Of a DNA stretch of 64,000 bases, positions 1 through 10,290 are shown in pieces. This DNA is from Hydrolagus colliei (lineage: Eukaryota): positions 8,184,001 to 8,248,000 of the forward strand of contig CM068754.1 in the NCBI GenBank assembly GCA_035084275.1, in the 5' to 3' direction. The stretch's first letter is position 1. Each line of letters opens with the position of its first letter. A model generated the notes under the pieces. The model searched no databases, was not told where the DNA came from, and saw only the letters and a list, made by a program, of their open reading frames with translations. The position numbers and the translations under genes were made by a program.

Positions 1-1156
1 TGATTTGCCATGTACCGATGGAAATGTTCCATATACCAGTTTACATTATTGTCATGGTACGTTACCAGGTCACATTGCGAGTGACAATGTTGTACTCAAG
101 TGCCATGGGACTTATTAATCTGTACAAAGGACTACAATGAAGTGCTACCAGTGTTGACTGTACAATGATTTCACAGCTTATTCCAACTATTCATTCCAAA
201 CTACTTTTATATTACAAACGCGCAGATCCATCCTCACATTCAGTTCAAAGCAGGATGATCACACAAGGTTTACGACTGCAGATGTACTTTAATATTGCTT
301 GGGCAATATTAAATTACCTGCAACAATAAAAGTGCCAATTCTCTTCCCGGGGGATAGATGTCTGGGGATTACAGCAGCTCGATGCAACTACCATGCTTTG
401 TGACCCAGGTCAACACAAATGGCAAGTGCTGGGAGGTTTTATTTGAAACTATAACTGTTATGAATTACATTGTGACTTATGTTTAGCCATTTAGCCTGGT
501 GTTGTATAAACAGGGTGTGCGGTACTTACGAAAGGGCTGAATGTTTTAGCGAGGATGAATTTACATCTGCTTGTTAGGCATTCCTGTTATCTTTCACTCC
601 TTGTTGATGTGCAAGTTTAGGCACCATTTCAGTGAGGATTAGGTTATCGCAACATACGAGAGGATGGACTCTGCTCCTGAACCGTACTCCCATGTTCTTT
701 AGATGAGAAAATTAACCATTTATCACGAAAGAGTTTTCTTACATTCAATCCAAGATTACTTTGAAATATTAGTTTCAAGGCAGCTTTTTCTTCACAGCAT
801 CGAGATTTCTGATTGTATTGTGGTAAGTTATGATGCTGGGGACTTCTTTCTAAATATTTCTTGGGAGGCCATTTCAACTGCTAAGGGAGAATGTATGACA
901 ACACCACACTGTAAACCAAATGCCGTATAGGTACATAGCTTGACAGGTGTCAAAGAACTGTAAACTCCAGCCCTGGCGTTATCAGATTCCGTACCTCTTT
1001 TTGTTTGCCAATGCTCTCTAGAACAGGACTCCACTAGACAATACCTTTAAATGTCAGTTAAGAACATAAGGAGTCAGTCACAATCCCAGTGTTGACAGAA
1101 TTATAGCCTGCTGATTGGTAACATCAAAATTAAACACCCATTGGTCAACAGGACTT

Positions 1157-1478
1157 GGCCTGCTCCAAGCCCCCCGCCCGAACCGCCCCACCATCGGAGG
1201 CCGGGCCTTCAGTTTCTCCGCTCCCACCTTATGGAATGCAATCCCTCAATCCCTCCGTTTCGTCTCTTCCCTTTCCTCTTTCAAGGCCGATTTGAAGACT
1301 TTCCTCTTCGATCGTGCCTTTTGTTCCAACCCGAACTCTTTTACCTCCCCTTCGTGTTTCACCCCTTCCCAAACACTCCGCTCCCAGCTCGGGTCACACG
1401 CCTCTTGTTTAGCGCCCTGGGACGTCCTCCCGACGTGAAAGGCGCTATATAAATGTAAATTGTTGTTGTTGTTGTTGT
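1157..1478 (+). mobile_element. 5'-truncated L2-clade LINE 3' end (ORF2 C-terminus, 3' stem-loop, (TTG)n tail)
   Basis: Frame 1115..1438 reads PTIGGRAFSFSAPTLWNAIPQSLRFVSSLSSFKADLKTFLF, the G-x-R-A-F-S...A-P-x-L-W-N-x-L-P...F-K-x-x-L-K-T-x-L-F pattern of L2 ORF2 C-termini. It ends in gcgccctgggacgtcctcccgacgtgaaaggcgctatataaatgtaaa(ttg)n. Confidence 0.9.
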
Positions 1479-1964
1479 GACCAGATGTCTGCACACACAA
1501 ACATCTTCAATTGAAATCTGTCTGGGTCTGGGGGAAATCTGGAATGATTCCGGAGACTGGGTTAAGAGGGACATTCAAGGACAGTGCAGGAAATTCAGGA
1601 ATGGTGAAAAATCATTCACTGCAGATCAACACAAGATGGACAAGAAGATGAAGGTGTACTTCAACTGTTTTCCTTTGGGATTATCGCTGTCAGAACTGAC
1701 CAGAACCACCTTTGTTGCTTTCAAATATATGAATATCACCAGGCAGTTCAGTGTGTATGTCTCTGTGTATTTCTAATGCTGCATATCAGGAAACAGCAAA
1801 CATCCTGTAGTTAGCAGCAGCAGTGTAACTATCATCACTTTACTTCACTGCAAGAGCTCCCACTGGAGCAAACATCTCTGATAAAAGCCAGTGGCTATCT
1901 ACAGAGAGAGATGTACAGCCATAGAGTCACTTCAGAATTGCCACTGTGTGAAAGGTTTGTAGCA

Positions 1965-2030
1965 ATAACAGCAACAACAACATGCACTTATATAGTGACC
2001 TTCGCTCTGGGTAATGCCTTAGGGCGCTTC
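1965..2030 (-). mobile_element. Diverged L2 3' tail remnant
   Basis: aacaacaacatgcacttatatagtgacctt...gggcgctt is a degenerate reverse complement of the tail at 1410-1478. Confidence 0.5.
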
Positions 2031-2564
2031 AGAAGAAAAGCCCAATGGGCAATTGTTTAAAGATGGGTAAATGTATGAGCTTTAGCAGGTTGGATCATCC
2101 AATTCTCTCCTGTCCAATAATCTTGTAAATCAGATTGTACAGGGAGCTTTCCCACCTCTGAATCAATTGTATGTGGCATATTTCAGTCAAACACTGATGG
2201 ACTGTAGGAAAGACAGTCATATTCACACAGAAAAATAATGCTATTGTACATCAAATCTATGAAAAGTTTTATGTGGAATACATATTTGCCTATAGTTTAC
2301 TGACTCATTCGCAGGAAGTGTGTTTTTGTATACACACTGAACCTCCAAGATTGACGGCTATTTTTATTTTGCACCAAAGGCACAATGCATCTGTTAGTCA
2401 TTCATTGCCAGTGAACACCTCAGCTTACTCTGCTCATACAGACATATTTCCAGAACGAAGGGATAAAACAGCAGCTCAAAAATTAACAGATGGACCAAAG
2501 ATGTATTGCGCACAATCCCACCTGTTCTTAATCAGCAAGACTATTTTGCCCTGATATTTCAGGT

Positions 2565-2700
2565 CACACAAATTTGTGCGATATTCTTAAATTTATTCTG
2601 AATTCGGAAGCCAGTGTTCTGCAGTATTTAAAAAGAACTGGTCTCCAAATCTAGACTCAAATTAAGAATCTTACACAAAATTCTGTGACCTTAAACCTTA
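2565..2700. repeat. Unclassified palindromic (MITE-like) interspersed repeat, copy 1
   Basis: Motif ttcttaaatttattctgaattcggaagccagtgttctgc...tccaaatctagactcaaattaagaa has imperfect inverted halves and recurs at about 5650-5890, 8620-8700 and 40340-40520. Confidence 0.55.
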
Positions 2701-3967
2701 CAAAAAATGACAATGTGAAACTTCAGACGGATGTGATGGATCCCTTGTTATTTGTGACGTACTGTATTTGGCATATATCTACTAAAACATGAAGCTGAAG
2801 CAGGTAATGATCACCCTTGACTGCCTGTTGATCTATCTAACAGTTAAAATGAGAGGTGAGGGCTGCTGTATTTGGTTTTATAAATCAATCTTTACACTTG
2901 AACAAAAATAATAGAAAAAATGCAAAATCTCTGCTGACATGCCTCGTCTGAAACATAACCTGTCATTCTCTGTCAAAATTTGATTAACCTGTGTCGAAGA
3001 AGTCTTACAACTTCTGTCTTTGTTTTTTTTTAGGTGGGAAAAAAAGGTTATTTTTGTGTAGACATCATTGAAAATTTACAGAATGAAATCCCGAGGCTTT
3101 GTGATTTTGCGTGCATATATGCATGTGAAAAAATGACTGCTATCCATCATTGCATGACCGAGTTAACAAACACAAATAGATTATTTCACACACAACAAAT
3201 AAAGGTTTATAAGTCTAATGGTATTAAAGTATAATTTCAGGGTAGATGTTGGTTGTGCTGAAATAAATGAGTGCATTACAAGTAGAGATTACCTTTTTTC
3301 TTGCCCTCTTGTTGACTGCCAAACTCATTTAATCTAGTTAATCAGTTCAATCAAATGCTGCCATTAGCAGAGCGAAGGAAACTTCCAACTGTCTCTTTTA
3401 ATCAGGGAGCAGGGATGCCCTTTTGTGTCACTGCACTTTGAGCTCACACCTACACACAGATGAGGAAAAGCCTGCGGTTGCATGGAAAGGAAAAAAGTAA
3501 ATGCAAAGATTTTATGCAGCAGAAAGGCTGCAGCGAGATGACGCTTACATCTTTTGATCTTAAAGAGAAGTGGAACTAGCGTTCCTGACATCAGATTACA
3601 TCGCATATTTGGATCTAAATGCCCTTAAAGGAAAATTGGTACAAAAGAGCAGCCTTGCATTAAGCATTAATGATTTGTGCTGTCAGGTTACTCAGGCTGC
3701 ACATTCGATCCAGTTCCGAGAAAAAAAATGTGGAGAAAAACTAGGATATTAAAATCTATGGAGCTGACACCACATACAACAGATTAACTGCATGCTAAGG
3801 TTTGTCACAGCTTTGCTCAGAAACGTAGCACACTCGGCTCACTGAAACTCATGGATATGCAGCTAGCTGAAGAAAAGGTGAAAGCATGCCTCAAGGAGCT
3901 GTTTCATAAGCAACATCAACCTATTATTTTAACATGACAAATTGGTCAGTGCTGCTGCTGCTAATGC

Positions 3968-4135
3968 TAATAATCCTTACATTTAATATAGTGTCTTTCA
4001 TGTCAGAAGTCTCAAAGCACTTTAAGGATTTACTGTAAAGTGTATTGACTGATGTACTTTGTAGGCGACCGCTATAGATAATTTGCGCGCATTAGTGTCC
4101 CACAACAGCCATGAAGTGAATGACTGTCTCTTTTA
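3968..4135 (-). mobile_element. Partial SINE (3' body and L2-type tail)
   Basis: taatccttacatttaatatag...gtctcaaagcacttt...ctgtaaagtgtattgactg...agtgtcccacaacagccatg matches the other SINE copies in the window. Confidence 0.75.
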
Positions 4136-5024
4136 ATCATTTCATATGCGGGATTGCCAGGCAGGACAATGGGAGAAACTGGGAGAAACTAGCCTCTCAC
4201 TTGGCATGGGCTACAAAACAAAACAAATAATTGCTTATCTCGATCTGGTCTCTTCAGAGACATTGAGCAGCACAAATTGAGAGAGGGTGTTTCACTAAGA
4301 AAGGTCATGGCCACTTCATTTGCTGAAGGAGGGGAACAAAACTATGCCTCTCCCCCATCTCCCCATTATATAAGTGCACTGAAGGGCTGTAGATCTGCCA
4401 TGTTTCTTTCTGGGAAGAGACACACAGCTGTCAAAGAACAGTGGAGAGAAGGGAAAGGAATGTTGCAGGCCATTGAGTCTCAACAAAAGCTTGTGATCAA
4501 AAAACAGCTTTATACAAGAAACAAAGCATTATTTGACATTTAGTATCACCACGTCTGGCTTTATTGGAAGAAAGTTCTTCCGAGGAACAAATAAAGCAAA
4601 ATGGAATAAATAAAGAAAGCACACTCTCTCTTCAACAGACTATTCAGAAGCAACATTATCCCCTTCTGGCAATCTATTGATTGACACAAACAGTTTTCTT
4701 GGATTGTAATGTATATAAAAGAGAAGCTTTAGAGAAAGTTTACCTGGTTTCTGGCCATAACCTAGTCTGCAGGCCATAATTATTGTAAATCTGTCAGCTC
4801 CCAAGGGAAAAGTCCATAATTCTCATTACGTTAACAAATATCATCCTGGTTTAGTTACACGTCAGAAGAATAGTCTTCCTCAGCAAGCAGTAATTACCAA
4901 TTAGCTGGAATTTAAAATGATTTTTAAAGTCTACATATGCTACCGAGAATGTTACAAATGTGGGAAATGAAATTGTCTGGGGAAATTTTGCAAAGTTAAG
5001 AAAAATTGGATACTGTATTAATGA

Positions 5025-5135
5025 TGATAATAATAATCCTTGCATTTGATATTCCAACCATAGCTTCAAAAATGCCTCAAAGCACTTCACAGTGAACCAC
5101 TGTCAAGACATAGACTGTGTATTTATAGGCAATAA
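5025..5135 (-). mobile_element. SINE 3' tail fragment
   Basis: taataataatccttgcatttgatat...ctcaaagcacttcacag. Confidence 0.7.
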
Positions 5136-5504
5136 TTGAAAGAACATATAGCATAGCGACAGTTAAGCAAGTTCAGTGATTTGATCTCCATGAACCCTGA
5201 AGTAAGTCATCGGGTTGGGGGGTATGGGTGGGGGATGGGGGAATGAATTTCTAGTGTGGGTCATGGAATTGTTAACATGTTCCAAAGAGGTTGGGAGATG
5301 AGACAATTGACAACGTAGATTAGTCAAAAAATTTACTTCATGTGATCCATGCTATACACAAAATACAATACTGAACCAATGAATCCATTCCCAATTTGGA
5401 TACCTGTTATCTTATTGAGCACCACTTTTTTTTTCTTTACAGGGACTTTCTGCTTTGTTGATGGCTTGGTTGGTAAAGCCACTGCCTGGAGTGAAATGAA
5501 TGAC

Positions 5505-5645
5505 TGAAAAGGCCCCACAGCTCAATCCCTGGTACGCGGTGAGTTAACTGATTACAACTAAAGGTACTACAGTATTTGGGGACTGCAATTGGCATCAGTG
5601 TTCTGGATCATGAATAGAAAACAAATCAATCTGGATTCTCACTCC
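5505..5645 (+). mobile_element. Ancient SINE family B fragment (gagttagctgatctcag / caattggcctcagtg motifs)
   Basis: caatccctggt...tgagttaactgat...caattggcatcagtg...ttctcactcc is shared with copies at 8405, 21935, 38940 and 44508. Confidence 0.55.
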
Positions 5646-5647
5646 AT

Positions 5648-5890
5648 GGGCCTGAATTCTACATAATCTTACCATTGGGAATGTTGTCTCAAAAACTTGC
5701 AAAAAATTTAAAAGTCCTTAAATTCTGTTAATTTTTTAGCTGTTTTTCCACAGTCCTCAAAAACAAGGGCAGAACACCAGCTTCCAGAATATAACTGAAT
5801 TTTAAAATAATTTCAATTTTTCTTTGTAAACACAATCCCTCTGGTCCCAAATTGGTCCAATTTTACAAGGATCGTAAATGCACAGTTTAA
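5648..5890. repeat. Unclassified palindromic repeat, copy 2 (opposite orientation to copy 1)
   Basis: gcagaacaccagcttccagaatataactgaattttaaaa is an approximate reverse complement of the motif at about 2585-2622. Confidence 0.5.
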
Positions 5891-6060
5891 GAACTTGCCC
5901 CAGCAACCTGAGTTGCGTCAAATGCACTCAAAAACACATTATCACAGAATGCAGTCCCTCAAAACCCCAAAAGGCATAGGTTCCAAGACATTAGCATTGC
6001 TGTGAACATTTTAATCTGATATCATGTACGAGATAGACATCTTTAACCAAGTGAGGTTGT

Positions 6061-6100
6061 AATACTGCACTTGATCTTAGCGAAAAGGTCGAGAAGCAAT
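6061..6100 (-). pseudogene. U2 snRNA 5' fragment (about nt 1-39), pseudogene
   Basis: The reverse complement attgcttctcgaccttttcgctaagatcaagtgcagtatt matches recalled vertebrate U2 atcgcttctcggccttttggctaagatcaagtgtagtatc at 35/40. Similarity stops there. Confidence 0.85.
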
Positions 6101-7649
6101 ATTTTTTTCCTAATTCACCATGCTAGCTTAGAACAATTTGCCTTCAGTCTTCTATTGCTTCACCAATGACTAGCAGTTTTGGACACTGGAAGTACATTAG
6201 CATAGATTTAACCTCTGTTTTTAAATGGTCATATATAGTGTATCTCTAGATTGAAACGTTCCTTTATTTGTTGAACACTGAATACCTTGGGTTGGGTTTG
6301 TACATTTAAGTACATGGTAGTTTTGCTAGATTTGAGGTAACAGAGAGACATGGCGCTATGGGGGTAAATCTACATAAGTGTAGAGGTGACATTTGCTCTC
6401 TGCAGGACTAGGTCAGGTTGACAACCATGAAGAACAACATAAAGATGGTAATATGGCATCGACTGATGCTATTTATGCTGCTGTTCGTGGGTGTCAATGC
6501 AGAAAGAGAGAAAAATGACAGTGTCCTTTGCAGATAAATCATGAAGTTAATTGCAAGCAAGCAACAAGAAATTACATGATAGTTCAAGATTGTCACTCAG
6601 TACCGTACAGTAGGTGTTCACTATAACCTGATTCCTGGAAGTCAGCCAGATGGTGCATTTAAAAGAAGAATGTGTCTTGGTCAGAGTTGCGTATCTTTTC
6701 TCATCTCTCATTAATAACTTTTCAAAACCGTATTCGATTGTGCTTAAAAACTTTACATTTTTTCGCTGCTCCCAACTTTCCTTTCTTTCGAGTTCCGCTT
6801 ATCTTTTCTGCAACTGTATAAGCGAGGTGCATATCGATCCTGTGTTGTATTGATATTGACAAAATACACAGCATTCCAGAGGTCAACTATGTTGATTAAT
6901 ATCTGCTAGGGGTTAACCAGGTCAATTGTCCAGCACCATTTGTTATTTGAACCGACGCATCAATTCACTTCATTGTTCAACTGTTGCTGCGCCATTTCAC
7001 ATCAGCACTGAGGTGCCTTCACAGCTCTGGCAGATTAGAAAGCAGGTGCTGTAAACTTCCTACATCCTCCTCTGCACGAGCAACATTCCTCAAGCTCTGC
7101 AAACACAACTTGTCCACCTTCGTAAATCACCCTCTCTCTTTCCCTCCCTCCCTCCTCAGCCTATGAACTGGAGCAAATTCAAAACTGACATTTAATAGAG
7201 AGTAATAATCAATAAGGATTTGTGTTGTACGCTGCACTGCTGAATAAGTGCACTCTGATCAGCTCATGAGAAAGAAAAATCATAGTACAGAACCCCATAG
7301 GCGATCCTCCATTTATAACACTCAAGTGAATTCAATGTTATTTAAAGACTTAATAATTTACACTTTCAATCCTTTTAAATGCAGGCTATTAAAGGGACAC
7401 TATGTTCATGAAAAATTGGTACATCAAACCTTTAATTCTTTGCAAATGCACTGCACTCTACATGGTGGTACGTAAGCATGACTTCACCGTAAAGTAAGCA
7501 ATGTGCCACTGTTCTAGCACCTCTTCCTATCCAAGACAAGAAATCGGCGACTACTGTATTTATTTTCATGAACAAAGCCCCCCTTCTGCTAGTCTCCCAA
7601 TTCTAGTTCCTCCTCTGAGCCTACCTACTCAAAACTCCAGGAGGAATTA

Positions 7650-7802
7650 AATTCATGGAATCATTTTGTGCACAATTGGCTGCCTTGTGTTGCCTTATAC
7701 AAATGTACAGTTAATTTACTTTAAAATATATTCTGCGATCTGTTTTGAGACACTGTGATGATGTGATAAGGTGCTCCATCAAATGCAAGGGTTATTATTA
7801 TT
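7650..7802 (+). mobile_element. Old partial SINE (3' part and tail)
   Basis: tgtgcacaattggctgcc...ttttgagacact...aaggtgctccatcaaatgcaagggttattattatt. Confidence 0.7.
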
Positions 7803-7804
7803 GT

Positions 7805-8125
7805 GTAGTCTTGTAGCTCAGTGGTTAGAGCACTTGCAAGTGAGACACCTGGTTTTAATTCCAAGCAGGACAAAATCTTGGGTAAGTTCCCTTACTCCTC
7901 ACGCCTAATAATAATAATCACTCCAAAAACCCTAATAATAATTTGGTCATTTCAATCCATGACTTTCTGTGGGACACTACTGTGCACAACTGGCTGACAC
8001 AAATATCACTCACAAATATACAGTGAATTAACTTTACAGTATTTTCTGTGAAACGTTTTGAGACGTCTAGAAAACGTAAAAAGCGCTCTATCAAATGCAA
8101 GGATTATTTATTATTATAATTATTA
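7805..8125 (+). mobile_element. Full-length tRNA-derived SINE, short-core subfamily
   Basis: tRNA-like head gtcttgtagctcagtggttagagcacttgcaagtgaga...ggttttaattcc (A and B boxes), CORE-like cttgggtaagtt, then tail ttgagacgtctagaaaacgtaaaaagcgctctatcaaatgcaagg(att)n. Confidence 0.9.
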
Positions 8126-8404
8126 CTTCAGCCCCAATAAGAAATCAGATAGTTACGTGAATTTGGGTTCTGCCTCATGAATCAGTCCAGAGAAGTACAG
8201 TTTAAAATATTTTAAAAGCCGTTTCACAAAGTTTGCCAGACTGTCGTTATGTTCAAACAATGTGATAATATCACCATGTCAGCAGTTACCTCTGTCACAA
8301 AGAACTTGCCTGAAAAAACATTCAATGTTTCATAACTCTCCTGGCATCTGAGTTGTAACAGCAGGTGCTCATCATGAAATTCAGCTATAGAGCCCACAAT
8401 AGGT

Positions 8405-8575
8405 GCTTGTGTCAATACCAGACTATGCTGAATTAGCTGATTTCAGATGGACATAAATGGGAAATGTTACAATTACCCACAGTGGTTCTATGCCAGGAGT
8501 TGGGAAGGGAATTCCCACTCCTGATAGCCATCCACTGACTCTCTTCTGGAAAGGGTGGGTGAAGATCAGAGAACT
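8405..8575 (+). mobile_element. Ancient SINE family B fragment
   Basis: tgctgaattagctgatttcag...ttacaatt...ttcccactcctgatagccatccactgac...ctggaaag. Confidence 0.6.
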
Positions 8576-9530
8576 GAAATTTCTCATGGCCTTAGTTTTA
8601 AGGTTGTAACTTTGAAGATTGTGCAGAGATTTGGAAAACTCTCAAATTCGGTCTCAATTGGATCCAAATTTGTTTCCCTTTTAAGAAGGGTTCTGCACTA
8701 TGTTAAAAGTTTCAGTTCGGGGACCCGTAATTGAGTCAAGAATCAAACTCAGCAGCGATTATAAATCTTGCATTTGAATTTTGCATTCTCTCATGGAGGA
8801 ACAACTTTCGTTCGCAATCATTGTCCTGCCTCGCAGAGGGTGGAAGAGTGTGGGAGATAGTGCCTCAGGCGCCTAAACTTGCAGAAATGGAAAGTGGAAA
8901 ACAATATTTAATAAAAGCTGCAAAATGCATCTTGCAATAGATAGAGGTCATCAAAGTAACGCGTCTTCAGATGAGTTTTTCCAATCACTCTGCTCCAGGA
9001 TGTTCCTGTCATTTATAGTGTTTGGAAACAGGCAGTGTAACAATAAAACATCTTTAAAATACAGAAAATTCAACTTCACATTCAAAAAAATTGTCCGCTT
9101 TAATTCTGTAGCCAACATATAACAGCAAGGTGTTGGTAGCAGTAACATTGAAAATGTAGAAGTATGAAATTATATTTTCCAGCTTAGAATCCATGAAAAT
9201 GATACGAATGTTATAAATCTCCGATTTAGGGACTTATATACCATTTAGGCACCATCAAGACTGGGGACATTCCCACAATCACTGCTAGTCATTCAATGAG
9301 GAAATAATATCAGATTTTCATTGAGCAAAATGAAGTAACTGCTGGACTTAAGTGATTAGGAAAGGTTATATTTTGAGTGCTGTAATCTTGTCGAGTGTCA
9401 AGTGCTGAGTAGCTACAATGACAAACTTCAAGGAGACCCCTGGTGAAATTTCATGCTGATGAGATTCTTGCTGCACGGAAGGAATGACCATTGACTCAGT
9501 CTGGCATTCCGTGCATCTGTGCGGGAACAC

Positions 9531-10290
9531 TAGTGTCCATCGATATGGAAATTTTACGATTTAGATATATCGATGGGCTCATATCGAGATATAACGAAAT
9601 ATCGATATTTTCTGGTTTTTCGTACTGCGCATGCATGCGTAGCGCGCGCATTTGGGGCCTATCTCCTCAGGAGGTAAATAGGTTTCTCTCTCTGTGCCTT
9701 TCACACTCACTCTCTCCATCTCTGTGTTTTTCTGTCGGTGTCTCTCTCCTCTCTCACAGCCCCCCCATCTCTATCTATCTGTGTATTATCACATCCACCC
9801 CGTCTCTCCCCCCAACCCCCTCCCCCCACCCCCCCGGCGCCGTCCCCCACCCCCCCCCACCCCCCGCCGTCCCTCTCTCCCACCCCCACCCCCGCCGTCT
9901 CTCTCCCCCCCACACACGCCCCCCAGCCGTCTCTCTCCCCCTCCCCCACCCCATCTCTCTCCCCTCACCCTTTGCATACCGGTATATTGTATTCTAGGGC
10001 TATGAATACAATATGGCGGCTTTGCACCTCGGTCTGTACATTGTGTATAGAGATGAGCATTCTGGGTCTTGTAGTTCAGTGTGCGCGCATTCCAATTTTT
10101 TCCCTCGCTTTTCGATATATCGACTTTTCGATATATCGATATTTTTTGAATGCTTATATCGGCATATCAATATGAAAATTATATCGGGTTTTAACGATAT
10201 ATCGATATAAACCCGATATAATTTTCATATCGATATGGAGATGGAGAGAGTGAGTGTGAAAGACACAGAGAGAGAAAGATATTTACCCTA
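9531..10290. mobile_element. Non-autonomous hAT-like DNA transposon with 8-bp TSD
   Basis: Flanked by the direct repeat gggaacac (9523-9530 and 10291-10298), with TAG...CTA termini. Subterminal arrays of CGATAT/ATATCG occur at both ends. The left end tccatcgatatggaaatt is inverted relative to aattttcatatcgatatgga (10220-10239). There is no transposase ORF. Confidence 0.8.
9795..9970. repeat. C-rich low-complexity tract (ccccgccgtctctctcccc-like units) inside the hAT-like element
   Basis: Seen directly. It explains the Pro-rich and Gly-rich spurious ORFs at 9491-10175. Confidence 0.85.

Noticed and set aside
531-700. Minus-strand segment ending in a gtaagt donor
   Set aside because: Stops in all three frames and a weak acceptor, so it is unsupported as a coding exon.
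5088-5099. 12-nt match to miR-128 (tcacagtgaacc)
   Set aside because: It lies in a SINE tail, the match ends at 12 nt and there is no hairpin.
9491-10175. Long Pro-rich and Gly-rich ORFs (up to 168 aa)
   Set aside because: They arise from the C-rich low-complexity tract inside the transposon and are open in several frames.
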